Shown: one piece after another, positions 19,092 through 28,924 of the stretch | Layout of the letters: each line of letters begins with the position of its first letter | How positions within the stretch are numbered: position 1 is the stretch's first letter | Origin: an uncultured Bacteroidales bacterium | GTDB lineage: Bacteria > Bacteroidota > Bacteroidia > Bacteroidales > UBA932 | Direction: 5' to 3' | Assembly: GCA_905233275.1 (NCBI GenBank) | Contig: CAJODR010000005.1 | Location: forward strand, 149-64,148 | DNA: 64,000 bases | Notes under the pieces: model-generated | Databases searched by the model: none | Told to the model about the DNA's origin: nothing | What the model saw: only the letters and a program-made list of their open reading frames with translations | Position numbers and translations under genes: made by a program

Positions 19092-20441
19092 TTATTCAGT
19101 ATCGAATTCCTGACGGAACGGCTCCGCGGCAGTCCACGCTTTCCAGCCCGGATCCCCTGTCTTGCAGAATGACGTCCAGGCGTCCAGCATCCTTTCCGAC
19201 AGTGCGTAATCAGCCTCAGTGAACGGCCGCCAGCTCCTTGCGAGCGTTCCGAAAACGTACCAGAGCTCGGCGGAGTGGAATGCGCCGGGGTCATTCGACG
19301 GATCGTCGTCATCGCCGGGGAGATTGCGCTTGAAGAAATAATGGTAAACGGGGGCGCTTCCCAGCGAATCGCGGACCGCGCAGAAACGCTCCACAGGCTC
19401 ACCCCCGAGGCCGCCAAGGTCTTCGGAATTGTAGCCTATCATATACGGAATGTCGGCGATATTGCCGGCCAGCACCTCTTCTTCAAATGTCGCCTGGATC
19501 ACTTTGCCGTCGGTGTGGGGCCTCAGCAGCACCCATCCCTTGCCGTCATCCTGATACTTCACCGTCGCCCGGTATATCTCATTCGCCGGCGCAGCGTTCA
19601 TTGCCGCCAGGTCAGGATAGCCGGCATTGTCCATAATCGCTTTGCCGAGCGAATCGAGGGCCGCCTCGGAATCGTCCCTGACGACAGGCCCCAGTCCGCC
19701 TCCGCTCTGGATAATGGCTCCTTTGATAAGGCCTCTGGACAACGGTGACTGCACCAGCGTCATCACGCTCTTGGCACCTGCGCTCTGGCCGAAGACCGTA
19801 ATCCTGGCGGGATCCCCGCCGAATGCCGCTATGTTGTCGTGCACCCATTTCAAAGCGGCAATCTGGTCAAGAGTGCCGTAATTGCCGGAGGTGCCGTCAT
19901 TCAGGGCGGAAAGCTCCGGATGGGTGAGGAATCCGAGCACGCCGAGCCTGTAGTTGATTGTCACGAGAATGACGCCGCGCTTTGCCCACGCCTCGCCGTC
20001 CATGGTGACCTCGTATCCATAGCCGTTGAGGTAGGCCCCGCCGTGGATCCACATAGCTACAGGCAGTGCCGCCTCGGGATGTCCGACAGCCTCGTCTGGC
20101 ACCCACACGTTGAGGTAGAGGCAGTCTTCACTTTCCTCCGGCGTACCCTGCCAGTAGAATTCGTCTCCGTAGAATGTCCCCGGCTTGTTTCCGGGCTGCG
20201 GTGCAATGGGACCGAACTTGTCGCACACCATGACCCCATCCCATGGAACTACGGGCTGAGGTGCCTTCCATCTCAATTCGCCGACAGGCGGCGCTGCATA
20301 CGGGATGCCCCTGAAAACGGTGACTCCGGGAGAGGAAGAAGGGACGCCTCTGACGAGGCCCCCTTCGATACGGATCACTCCGCTTTCCTTTCCGCAACCT
20401 GCCAGGACAATGGCCAGGATGGCGAATAAGAGTCGTTTCAT
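19092..20441 (-). CDS. Type-B carboxylesterase (COesterase) lipoprotein
   Basis: SEDCLYLNVW, HGGAY, FGQSAGA nucleophile and HSAEL motifs; lipobox LAGC. Confidence 0.92.
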   Translation of the reverse strand: MKRLLFAILAIVLAGCGKESGVIRIEGGLVRGVPSSSPGVTVFRGIPYAAPPVGELRWKAPQPVVPWDGVMVCDKFGPIAPQPGNKPGTFYGDEFYWQGTPEESEDCLYLNVWVPDEAVGHPEAALPVAMWIHGGAYLNGYGYEVTMDGEAWAKRGVILVTINYRLGVLGFLTHPELSALNDGTSGNYGTLDQIAALKWVHDNIAAFGGDPARITVFGQSAGAKSVMTLVQSPLSRGLIKGAIIQSGGGLGPVVRDDSEAALDSLGKAIMDNAGYPDLAAMNAAPANEIYRATVKYQDDGKGWVLLRPHTDGKVIQATFEEEVLAGNIADIPYMIGYNSEDLGGLGGEPVERFCAVRDSLGSAPVYHYFFKRNLPGDDDDPSNDPGAFHSAELWYVFGTLARSWRPFTEADYALSERMLDAWTSFCKTGDPGWKAWTAAEPFRQEFDTE

Positions 20442-20444
20442 ATA

Positions 20445-21656
20445 TTATTGAAATAGCAGAGGCAGGAATTCGGCGAGGTATTGACGCCAGTTGCGCCAGA
20501 TGTGGCCGCCTTCGGATTCGACGTAGGTGTAGGGATAACCGGCGGCGTCGAGTTTGGCGCGGAATTCGGCGTTGGAGCCGTAGAGGAAGTCGGTCTTGCC
20601 GATGCCGATCCAGAGGAGTTTGGGCTTCTTGGAGAAGTACTTGGCGAGCTTGGCGTCGACATCCTGGTACATCGGGCTGACGGAAGGATCAGTCACGCCG
20701 ACAGCGGCGGAGAACATTCCGGAATAGTCGAACCAGTCAGGATAGTTGATGCTGAGATACAGGGCGTGGAATCCGCCCATGGACAGGCCGCAGATGGCCC
20801 TGGACTGCTTCTTGGCGATGGTCCTGTAGTGGGTGTCGATGAATTTGACGATTTCCGGGAACGAGGTCTCGAAGCTGCCTTCCATGGTCTGAGGGAGATT
20901 CATAGAGGGGTGGAAATAGTCGAATGAATTCTCCAGCGGAGCGGCCTCTACTGCGATGTTGCCGTTGGTGAATACGGCGATCATTGGTTTGGCCTTGCCG
21001 GTGGCGATGAGGTTGTCGAGAATCTGTGCTGCGCGGCCCTGGGTTACCCATGCATCCTCGTCACCGCCCATGCCGTGGAGGATGTAGACGACGGGATATC
21101 TGGTCTTGGAATCCTCATAGCCCGCGGGGGTGTAGACTGTCATACGGCGGTCAAGTCCGGCCTCGTCGCTGTGGTACCATACTTTGGAAACGGTGCCGTG
21201 GGGGACCGGATGGACGGCGTAGAGATAGCTGGTCTCCCCGATCTTGGGGACGAGGAGCACGCTGGTGAGCGTCGCCACGTCGCGGTTGACCCAAACATTA
21301 TTGGGATCGATCACCGTGAGGCCGTCGACGATGAAGGTGTAGTTGTAGAATTCACCGGGGACGGGGAAATCCGTGGTGTACTCCCACATACCGCCGGGCT
21401 GTTCTTTGAGGTCGCGGACGCCGGGAGCGTCAATCACCATCTTGCGGTCGCCGAGGCGGACCTCTTTCTTCTCAGTGGGAAGGAAATCGCCGGTCACCTG
21501 GACCTTGGATGCCTTGGGAGCCACGAAACGGAACGTGACGGTCCCGTCTTCGTTGATAAGAGGGGTCTGGACGTTGCCGCCGCCCCAAAGAGCCTGCTGC
21601 GCGAATGCGTTGAGGGACAACATTGCTGTAAAGATAACGAGAAGAGCCTTTTTCAT
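20445..21656 (-). CDS. Secreted esterase (CE1-like) with N-terminal Ig/CBM48-like domain
   Basis: VYTPAGY, LHGMGGDE, GLSMGG and GGHIW motifs. Confidence 0.88.
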   Translation of the reverse strand: MKKALLVIFTAMLSLNAFAQQALWGGGNVQTPLINEDGTVTFRFVAPKASKVQVTGDFLPTEKKEVRLGDRKMVIDAPGVRDLKEQPGGMWEYTTDFPVPGEFYNYTFIVDGLTVIDPNNVWVNRDVATLTSVLLVPKIGETSYLYAVHPVPHGTVSKVWYHSDEAGLDRRMTVYTPAGYEDSKTRYPVVYILHGMGGDEDAWVTQGRAAQILDNLIATGKAKPMIAVFTNGNIAVEAAPLENSFDYFHPSMNLPQTMEGSFETSFPEIVKFIDTHYRTIAKKQSRAICGLSMGGFHALYLSINYPDWFDYSGMFSAAVGVTDPSVSPMYQDVDAKLAKYFSKKPKLLWIGIGKTDFLYGSNAEFRAKLDAAGYPYTYVESEGGHIWRNWRQYLAEFLPLLFQ

Positions 21657-21777
21657 GATAGTGTCGCTTAAGAATACTTATATTGCAAAGATACACTATT
21701 ATTAATAAAAGACAAGAGATTATGCTTGGATTTGACGCTTGAAGTGAGTATATTTGAGAACAATTTCAGAGCCCGCG

Positions 21778-22854
21778 ATGAAAGTCGTTGCCGACAGTGC
21801 GATACCCTTCCTGAAGGGAGTGCTTGAGCCCTATGCCGAGGTGGTCTACCTCGGCGGCGCCGCCATCACCCGCCGTGACCTCGCCGACGCCGACATCCTC
21901 ATCACCCGCACCCGCACCCGCTGCGATGCCGCCCTTCTTGACGGCACCCCCGTCAAACTCATCGCCACCGCCACCATCGGCACCGACCACATCGACCTCC
22001 CGTACTGCCACACCCACGGCATCACCGTCACCAGCGCCGCCGGCTGCAACTCCCTCGCCGTCGCCGACTACGTAGTTTCAGCAATTTCGTTTTTATGTAG
22101 GGACGGATGTGACTATGCCGAACCCATGGCCGCCCGTGGCCATGTGAACGGGCCTAATAGTGAGCGAAGCGAAGGTTTGGCATGGTTACATCCGTCCCGG
22201 AAGATACTGACTATTGGTATTGTCGGAGTTGGACATGTGGGGTCGGAGGTGGAGAGGTTGTGCCGTGCTGCGGGGTGGAATGTGCTCTGTTGTGATCCGC
22301 CGAGGGCCGAAAAGGAGGGAGAGTTTGGCTTCTGCAGTTTGGATTTTTTGTTGGCGAATTCTGACGTGGTGACGCTGCATGTGCCGCTGGATGATTCTAC
22401 GAGGGGGATGGCTGATGAGGGGTTTTTCGGAAAGATGAGGGAGGGGGCGATGTTTGTGAATGCTTCTAGGGGGGAGGTTGTGGACGAGGGGGCGTTGAAG
22501 AGGGCTGCGGGGAGACTTGGGGCGATCGTAATTGACACTTGGTGCCGTGAGCCGGATATTGACCGGGAACTGCTTGAGGTGGCGGCGATTGCGACGCCGC
22601 ATATTGCGGGGTATTCGGTGCAGGGGAAGATGAATGGGACTGCGGCGGTTGTTAGGGCGGTAGCGCGACTGCTTGGGGCGAAAGAGCTGGAGGGGTTCCG
22701 GCCGGAAGGGTGGAGGGAGCCTGAGAAGGTGCTGCTATCGGAAATTCCGGAAAAATATCCTATATTCGCGGATGATGCGATGCTGAGGGGAGCGCCCGAG
22801 CGATTTGAGAGTCTTCGCACCGCCTACAAGCTGAGAGACGAATTCTACATTTAA
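21778..22854 (+). CDS. pdxB: Erythronate-4-phosphate dehydrogenase carrying an in-frame palindromic insertion
   Basis: MKVVADSAIPF, TRTRCD, TIGTDHID, GIVGVGHVG, NASRGEV and TPHIAGYS motifs; TATATTTG at 21749-21756. Confidence 0.93.
   Translation: MKVVADSAIPFLKGVLEPYAEVVYLGGAAITRRDLADADILITRTRTRCDAALLDGTPVKLIATATIGTDHIDLPYCHTHGITVTSAAGCNSLAVADYVVSAISFLCRDGCDYAEPMAARGHVNGPNSERSEGLAWLHPSRKILTIGIVGVGHVGSEVERLCRAAGWNVLCCDPPRAEKEGEFGFCSLDFLLANSDVVTLHVPLDDSTRGMADEGFFGKMREGAMFVNASRGEVVDEGALKRAAGRLGAIVIDTWCREPDIDRELLEVAAIATPHIAGYSVQGKMNGTAAVVRAVARLLGAKELEGFRPEGWREPEKVLLSEIPEKYPIFADDAMLRGAPERFESLRTAYKLRDEFYI
22100..22198. repeat. Palindromic REP/RPE-like element inside pdxB (99 nt)
   Basis: Arms GGGACGGATGTGACTATGCCGAACC / GGTTTGGCATGGTTACATCCGTCCC, whose three mismatches are all G-T; preceded by GTA to give GTAG; core shared with 6457-6576. 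Confidence 0.92.
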
Positions 22855-22864
22855 AACTATAGCT

Positions 22865-24373
22865 ATGTTTAGCAAGAATGACCTTCAACAGATTGCCGCA
22901 AGAGGCAATTCGGTAAACGAAATCGACAAGCAGCTGGAGCACTTCCGCAGCGGTTTTCCCTGGATGAAGATTGTCGGCCCGGCGACACCGGAGCGCGGAA
23001 TTCTCGTCCTGACGGAAGGCGAGGCCGACGAGGCGGTCAAGTATTATGACTCCGCCGCCATCGCAGGGAAGTGCAAATTCGTCCCTGCATCCGGCGCGGC
23101 GTCGCGCATGTTCAAGGACATGTTCGCCGGCCTGAAGACGCTGGAGGACGGCGCGGATCTGGCCCCGGACGCACCCGGAGCCAAGCTGGCCAGGGAGATT
23201 GAGCGCTTTGCATTCTATACTCCGGAGATGTTCGGGAAGCCCGAGGACAGCGCTGCATTCCGCAAGAAAGCCCTCTCGCTCATGCTCGGCAAGGAGGGGC
23301 TGGGCTACGGCAGTTCGCCGAAAGGCGTAATCAAATTCCACCGCTATGCCGATGAGGTCAGGACGGCTATCGCCGAACATCTGGTCGAAGCCCAGGAATA
23401 CATGCGCAACGCCGACGGCACATGCGATCTCGTAGTCACGATTTCCCCGGAGCACAAGGCCCTTTTCGAGGCCGCCCTCGCCGAGGTGAAAGACAAGTTC
23501 GAAAAACGCTACGGAGTGCGCTACAACGTCACTTTCACCTATCAGGACAAGGCTACGGACACCATCGCGGTTGACGACAAGAACAAACCCTTCAGGACCG
23601 ATGCCGGAGAGCTTCTCTTCCGCCCGGCCGGTCATGGCGCCCTGATCCATAATCTCAACAAGGTGGACGCCGAAGTGGTCTCCATCAAGAATATCGACAA
23701 CGTGGCTCACGAAAAGCTTCTCCCCGTGACCGCCAGGTACAAGAAAGTGCTTCTCGGCGAGGCCCTGATGCTCCGCGACCGCATCTTCTCTTATCTCCGC
23801 CGCTTCGACGAGCTGAAAGGCCCCGATACCCCCGAAGCCGTCCAGCTGGCCAACGAAGTCGAATCATTCCTCGACAAGGTCCTCTGCATCCAGATGCCTC
23901 TCGCACGCAGCGAAGCCGAGCGCCAGCAGATGCTCCGCGCCAAACTCGATCGCCCTATCCGCGTCTGCGGAATGGTCAAGAACGAAGGCGAGCCCGGAGG
24001 CGGCCCCTTCATCATCGCCGGCAAGGACGGAGCCACTTCGCTCCAGATCCTCGAAAGCGTACAGGTCAACAAGGAAGACAAAGGCTCTATGGACGCCATG
24101 AAACGAGCCACCCACTTCAATCCCGTCGACCTCGTATGCTGCCTCAAGGGTTACAAGGGCGAAAAATTCGACCTCCCCGCCCATGTGGACGAAGAGGCCG
24201 GATTCATCTCCTCCAAGAGTTTTGAGGGCAGGGAACTCAAGGCTCTCGAGCTCCCCGGACTGTGGAACGGCGCCATGAGCGACTGGAACACCCTGTTCGT
24301 CGAAGTCCCTCTCGAGACCTTCAATCCGGTCAAGGTCGTCCTCGACCTGCTGCGCCCCGCCCACCAGGGCTAG
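22865..24373 (+). CDS. DUF4301 family protein
   Basis: KFVPASGAASRMFK, FRPAGHGALI, KNIDNV, GEPGGGPF and THFNPVDLVC motifs. Confidence 0.88.
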   Translation: MFSKNDLQQIAARGNSVNEIDKQLEHFRSGFPWMKIVGPATPERGILVLTEGEADEAVKYYDSAAIAGKCKFVPASGAASRMFKDMFAGLKTLEDGADLAPDAPGAKLAREIERFAFYTPEMFGKPEDSAAFRKKALSLMLGKEGLGYGSSPKGVIKFHRYADEVRTAIAEHLVEAQEYMRNADGTCDLVVTISPEHKALFEAALAEVKDKFEKRYGVRYNVTFTYQDKATDTIAVDDKNKPFRTDAGELLFRPAGHGALIHNLNKVDAEVVSIKNIDNVAHEKLLPVTARYKKVLLGEALMLRDRIFSYLRRFDELKGPDTPEAVQLANEVESFLDKVLCIQMPLARSEAERQQMLRAKLDRPIRVCGMVKNEGEPGGGPFIIAGKDGATSLQILESVQVNKEDKGSMDAMKRATHFNPVDLVCCLKGYKGEKFDLPAHVDEEAGFISSKSFEGRELKALELPGLWNGAMSDWNTLFVEVPLETFNPVKVVLDLLRPAHQG

Positions 24374-24743
24374 GAATATACTTCTTCCGCCATTCGCCGG
24401 GTGTATACCCGGTGTATAGGTGGAACTGACGGCTGAAATTGCCTTTTTCAAATCCGGTGAGATAGCCGATCCGGTAAATGTGGAGGCCGGGCTCCCTGAG
24501 AAGCAGGAGCTTGGCCTCTTCTATGCGCAGGCGGGTCCTCCACGATCGGAAATCTTCTCCGATTACATCCTTGAAATAGCTACGGAGTGTCGCGCTGTCA
24601 GTTCCCAGACGAAGTGCGGTAGCATTGAAATCTTCGGGAAGGAGGTAGCATTTGTCTTCCAGATAGCTTTCGAGCCGTGTGTCAATCGGCCCGAACGAGG
24701 GAGCCCTTCTCCTCCGCCGGAAAAAGTGTCTGAAGATTTGCAT
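24330..24743 (-). CDS. Small AraC-family HTH regulator
   Basis: FRSWRTRLRIEEAKLLL and IGYLTGF...NFSRQF...TGYTPGEWR pattern. Confidence 0.82.
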   Translation of the reverse strand: MQIFRHFFRRRRRAPSFGPIDTRLESYLEDKCYLLPEDFNATALRLGTDSATLRSYFKDVIGEDFRSWRTRLRIEEAKLLLLREPGLHIYRIGYLTGFEKGNFSRQFHLYTGYTPGEWRKKYIPSPGGRGAAGRGRP

Positions 24744-25778
24744 TTATCTCCCCGGAATGAGGGATGAAGGATCCGGCATGCCGAGATCTTCTAGGGCCGG
24801 CATTCGCCAGGAATAGATGGACTGGCGGAGAACCAGCTGTCCCTCCTCAATGCCGTACCGGGCAGCCTCCTCGATGATTTTCTGCCTGTCTGTCTCTGTC
24901 AGCTGGTCGCCGATGACGGTGATTTCGACCTTCCTGCCGTCGTCCTTGAAGATGCGGTAGTTGTCGAGGATGAACACGTTGCCTATCTTTTCGTTCTCAT
25001 CGAGGAATTTGCGGACATCCTGTTCGAAATTGTTGTCCTTAACCATCGAAACGGCACTCACTATGCTGGGAATGATAAAGAGCACGAGAAGCACCCTCGT
25101 GATAATCTTGCTGGTGGTGCTGGATGCCTTTTCGGCGCCCTCGGCGGCGCTGGGGAAGCGAAGAAGCTTGACCCCGGCGTAAGTGGCGAGGATGATGAAT
25201 ACGCTGTTGATGAGGAACAGGTACATCGCGCCGAAGAAAAACTTGCCCTGGAGCGTCGCCAGGCCGAATCCTGCGGTGCAGAGAGGCGGCATGAGAGCAG
25301 TCGCGATCGCTACTCCGGAAAGCACTGTCCCGCGCTCCTTGCGGCAGTTTTCGAGAATGCCTGCGGCTCCGCCGAAGAATGCTATTATGACGTCATAGAT
25401 AGTCGGGCTCGTCCTGGCCAGCAGCTCCGAGGGGTTGTAGAGCCTGAGCGGGGAAATGAGAAAATACAGCGCAGAGACCACTACGGCAATGGTCACCATC
25501 AGGATCAGGTTCCTAAGTGCGGCCCTGAGGAGTCTGGTGTCATAGGTCCCGATCGAGAGCCCGATACCGACAATAGGCCCCATCACCGGGGAGACAAGCA
25601 TCGCACCGATGATGACGGCTACCGAATTGACGTTGAGGCCTACCGACGCGAGAACTATTGCGAACGCCAGAATCCACACATTGGGTCCGCGGAACCAGAT
25701 CGCGTCCTTGATACGGCGCGATGCATCCTGAATGTCGAGGTATCCTCTCAGGCTGGTTATGCGACCCAAAATGCCCAT
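24744..25778 (-). CDS. DUF389 family membrane protein
   Basis: AVIIGAMLVSPVMGPI, ARTSPT and GVAIATALMPPLCTAG motifs. Confidence 0.9.
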   Translation of the reverse strand: MGILGRITSLRGYLDIQDASRRIKDAIWFRGPNVWILAFAIVLASVGLNVNSVAVIIGAMLVSPVMGPIVGIGLSIGTYDTRLLRAALRNLILMVTIAVVVSALYFLISPLRLYNPSELLARTSPTIYDVIIAFFGGAAGILENCRKERGTVLSGVAIATALMPPLCTAGFGLATLQGKFFFGAMYLFLINSVFIILATYAGVKLLRFPSAAEGAEKASSTTSKIITRVLLVLFIIPSIVSAVSMVKDNNFEQDVRKFLDENEKIGNVFILDNYRIFKDDGRKVEITVIGDQLTETDRQKIIEEAARYGIEEGQLVLRQSIYSWRMPALEDLGMPDPSSLIPGR

Positions 25779-25782
25779 ACAC

Positions 25783-27105
25783 TTATCTGCGGAAGGCTTT
25801 CATGCGGTCCTGGAGATTGCCGGTCATGGTGGCCTTCATCATCTTCCTGGTACCTTCGAACTGCTTGAGAAGCCGGTTGACCTCGGGGAGGGAAGTGCCG
25901 CTTCCGTCGGCAATCCTCTTGCGGCGGCTGCCGTTGATGATGTCCGGATGCGCCCTCTCCTCAGGCGTCATGGAGAGAATGATGGCCTCCACGCCCTTGA
26001 ACGAGCTGTTGTCTATGTCGACATCCTTGATAGCCTTGCCGACGCCCGGAATCATTCCGGCGAGATCCTTGATATTGCCCATCTTCTTGACCTGCTGGAT
26101 CTGCTCGTAGAAGTCCCAGAGGTCGAATTTATTCTTGGCCAGCTTTTTCTTCAGCTCGCGGGCCTGCTTCTCGTCAAACTGCTCCTGGGCCTTTTCGACG
26201 AGGGAAACGACGTCACCCATGCCGAGGATGCGGTCAGCTATACGGTCGGGGTGGAATACGTCCAGCGCCTCGGGCTTTTCTCCCGTGGAGACGAATTTGA
26301 TCGGCTTGCCGACCACGTACTTGATAGACAGCGCTGCACCGCCCCTGGTGTCACCGTCCATCTTGGTGAGGACGACTCCGTCGAAATCGAGCCTGTCGTT
26401 GAATATGCGCGCGGTCTCGACTGCATCCTGACCCGTCATGGCGTCTACGACGAACAGCGTCTCGGTAGGCTTCACAGCCCTGTGGAGAGCCGAAATCTCG
26501 TCCATCAGCTCGTCGTCCACAGCGAGGCGGCCGGCGGTATCGATGATGACGACGGAATATCCTTCTGCCTTGGCCTTGCGAATTGCATTCTCCGCTATGC
26601 GGATGGGGTCCTTGATGCCCTCTTCTGTATAAACGGGGACGTTTACGGCCTCTCCGAGCACTTTCAGCTGCTCGATGGCGGCAGGACGGAAGGTGTCGCA
26701 TGCTGCGAGCAGGACCTTCATCCCCTTCTTGCTCTTGACGTGAAGGGCGAGCTTGGCGGAGAATGTGGTCTTACCGCTACCGTTGAGGCCGGCGACGAGG
26801 ACTATGCCGGGATTGCCTTTGACGTTGATGTCCTGGGAGGTCGAGCCCATGAATTCGACGAGTTCGTCGTGGACTATCTTGACCATCATCTGCTGCGGGC
26901 GTACCGCAGTGAGGACATTGGCACCGATAGCCTTGTCCTTGACTGTATTGCAGAATTCCTTTGCGACCTTGTAGCTGACGTCGGCGTCGAGGAGGGCCTT
27001 GCGGATGTCCTTGACAGTCTCAGCCACGTTGATTTCGGTGATGCGTCCCTGGCCGCGGAGGATCTTGAATGAGCGTTCTAGCCTTTCGCTCAGATTTTCA
27101 AACAT
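25783..27105 (-). CDS. ffh: Signal recognition particle protein
   Basis: GLNGSGKTT, DTAGR, TKMDGDTRGGAALS and RILGMGD motifs. Confidence 0.98.
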   Translation of the reverse strand: MFENLSERLERSFKILRGQGRITEINVAETVKDIRKALLDADVSYKVAKEFCNTVKDKAIGANVLTAVRPQQMMVKIVHDELVEFMGSTSQDINVKGNPGIVLVAGLNGSGKTTFSAKLALHVKSKKGMKVLLAACDTFRPAAIEQLKVLGEAVNVPVYTEEGIKDPIRIAENAIRKAKAEGYSVVIIDTAGRLAVDDELMDEISALHRAVKPTETLFVVDAMTGQDAVETARIFNDRLDFDGVVLTKMDGDTRGGAALSIKYVVGKPIKFVSTGEKPEALDVFHPDRIADRILGMGDVVSLVEKAQEQFDEKQARELKKKLAKNKFDLWDFYEQIQQVKKMGNIKDLAGMIPGVGKAIKDVDIDNSSFKGVEAIILSMTPEERAHPDIINGSRRKRIADGSGTSLPEVNRLLKQFEGTRKMMKATMTGNLQDRMKAFRR

Positions 27106-27193
27106 AGACGATATTTTATTAACTCACAAAGATAGCATTTATTTTTCAATCCGCCGTTTTTTGCCTATTTTTGCGTTGCAAAATATATCTCCC

Positions 27194-28924
27194 ATGAAGT
27201 TCCGCAGCATCCTTTTCCCTCTCGCCCTCACCGGGCTGTTTGCATGTACCCGCCTGCAGGACGGAAAGTACACCCTGGTAGTTCTTACGATGAATGACGT
27301 CCATGGCGCCTGGTTTGATTCGTCGTATGTCGACGGCAAGGTTAAAGAGTCGCTGTTCGCTGTGAATTACTACGTGGACAGCGTCAGGAGGGCAGAAGGA
27401 GCGGACCACGTCATCCTCCTGGATGCCGGAGACTGCCTGCAGGGAGACAACGCCGCCTATTATTATAATTATGTAGATACCAAGTCACCGCACCTCTATC
27501 CGCGACTCATGGAATATATGAAATGCGACGCTGTGGCTATAGGCAACCATGACATAGAGGCCGGCCACCCGGTGTACGACCGCGTGGCAAAGGAACTCAA
27601 GGAGCGCGGCATAGACATGCTCGGCGGCAATTACATCAGGAATGACGACGGAAAGCCTTATTTCCCCTTGTACAGGATAGTGAATCGCGCGGGTCTCAGA
27701 GTTGCAATCATGGGTTACGGCAATGCAAATATCAAAGCCTGGCTCTCGGAAGACGTGTGGGAAGGAATGCACTTCGAGCGCATCGCCGAAGTGATCCAGA
27801 AGGATGTGGATAGCATAAAGGCCCGTGAAAAACCAGACGTCGTCATCGCCGTGATGCATACCGCCAGCGGACTCGGTGACGGGACGATTGCAGAATCCGA
27901 GGCCCTGGATGTGCTCAATAGTGTCCGGGGTGTGGATTTCGTCATCTGCGGACATGACCACAAGCCGTATGTCGAGACGCGGGACACCTGCGCCCTTATC
28001 AACACCGGCAGCCGCAGCCGCTTTGTCGGATACGGCCGCCTGGAGCTCGAAGTCAAGGACGGGGATATCGTCTCCAGATCATACGAAGCCAAGCTTATTC
28101 CGGTCAATCCCAGAAAGGCGGACCCGGCGATGAAGGAGCATTTCAAGGGCGAATTTGAGGCTGTCAAGGCCTTTACCCTCAGGGAGATGGGTGTACTGAT
28201 GGACGATTTCGTCACCAGGGATTCTTATCTAGGGATGTGCCCGTACATCGATTTCATCCATTACGTCGAGTTGGTTTCAACTGGAGCGGACATATCTTTC
28301 GCAGCACCTCTGACCTACGACGGCAGGACCGATGCCGGCACGTTGATCTACAACGACCTTTTCACAATTTACCCTTACGAAAACCAGCTTTACAAGGTGC
28401 CCATGACAGGGCGCCAGGTGCGGGAGTACCTCGAGAGGAGCTATGACGATTGGATCCAGAATCCTTCCGAAGGTCATGTGCTGAAGATCGTCCGTCGCGA
28501 TGATCCGCGCAACAGCCAGAAGAGCTGGTCATTCTCCGCCAGAAGCTACAATTTCGATTCGGCGGGAGGCCTCTTCTACACGGTCGACGTAACAAAACCA
28601 CGCGGTCAGCGTGTTTCCATAGCCTCGATGGCCGACGGTACCCCGTTCGACGAGGACCGTACATACACGGTCGCCATGACCTCATACCGCGCCAATGGCG
28701 GAGGTGACCTCCTGAAGGAAGGTGCCGGCATCGAGGATGCGGCTCCCATCATCATCGAGCGCTATCCTGAGATCCGCAGTCTGATCTATGATTACCTGCT
28801 GAAAGAAAAAGTGATCGATCCAGGAGTAACAAGCGATCCCGGGGTCATCGGCCGCTGGAAATTCGTCCCTGAGAACGTGGCAGGACCTGCCATGGAAAGG
28901 GATCTCGATCTACTCTTTCCCTAA
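27194..28924 (+). CDS. 5'-nucleotidase / 2',3'-cyclic phosphodiesterase lipoprotein
   Basis: MNDVHG, DAGDCLQG, GNHDIE and GHDH metallophosphatase motifs, YPYENQL C-domain; lipobox LFAC. Confidence 0.9.
   Translation: MKFRSILFPLALTGLFACTRLQDGKYTLVVLTMNDVHGAWFDSSYVDGKVKESLFAVNYYVDSVRRAEGADHVILLDAGDCLQGDNAAYYYNYVDTKSPHLYPRLMEYMKCDAVAIGNHDIEAGHPVYDRVAKELKERGIDMLGGNYIRNDDGKPYFPLYRIVNRAGLRVAIMGYGNANIKAWLSEDVWEGMHFERIAEVIQKDVDSIKAREKPDVVIAVMHTASGLGDGTIAESEALDVLNSVRGVDFVICGHDHKPYVETRDTCALINTGSRSRFVGYGRLELEVKDGDIVSRSYEAKLIPVNPRKADPAMKEHFKGEFEAVKAFTLREMGVLMDDFVTRDSYLGMCPYIDFIHYVELVSTGADISFAAPLTYDGRTDAGTLIYNDLFTIYPYENQLYKVPMTGRQVREYLERSYDDWIQNPSEGHVLKIVRRDDPRNSQKSWSFSARSYNFDSAGGLFYTVDVTKPRGQRVSIASMADGTPFDEDRTYTVAMTSYRANGGGDLLKEGAGIEDAAPIIIERYPEIRSLIYDYLLKEKVIDPGVTSDPGVIGRWKFVPENVAGPAMERDLDLLFP

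Noticed and set aside
19092-21656. Esterase pair as part of a polysaccharide utilisation locus
   Set aside because: No susC/susD, glycoside hydrolase or HTCS adjacent; treated as a simple two-gene operon.
22098-22200. The skew flip as the chromosomal oriC
   Set aside because: It spans under 1 kb and lies inside a gene; no DnaA boxes, AT-rich unwinding element or origin-linked genes were seen.
22113-22820. 235-aa Ser/Pro-rich antisense ORF over pdxB
   Set aside because: A by-product of the G-rich skew; low complexity with no coding support.
24330-24373. 44-nt convergent overlap of the AraC and DUF4301 genes (also 15 nt at 28910-28924)
   Set aside because: Short 3'-3' overlaps are common and show no further structure.
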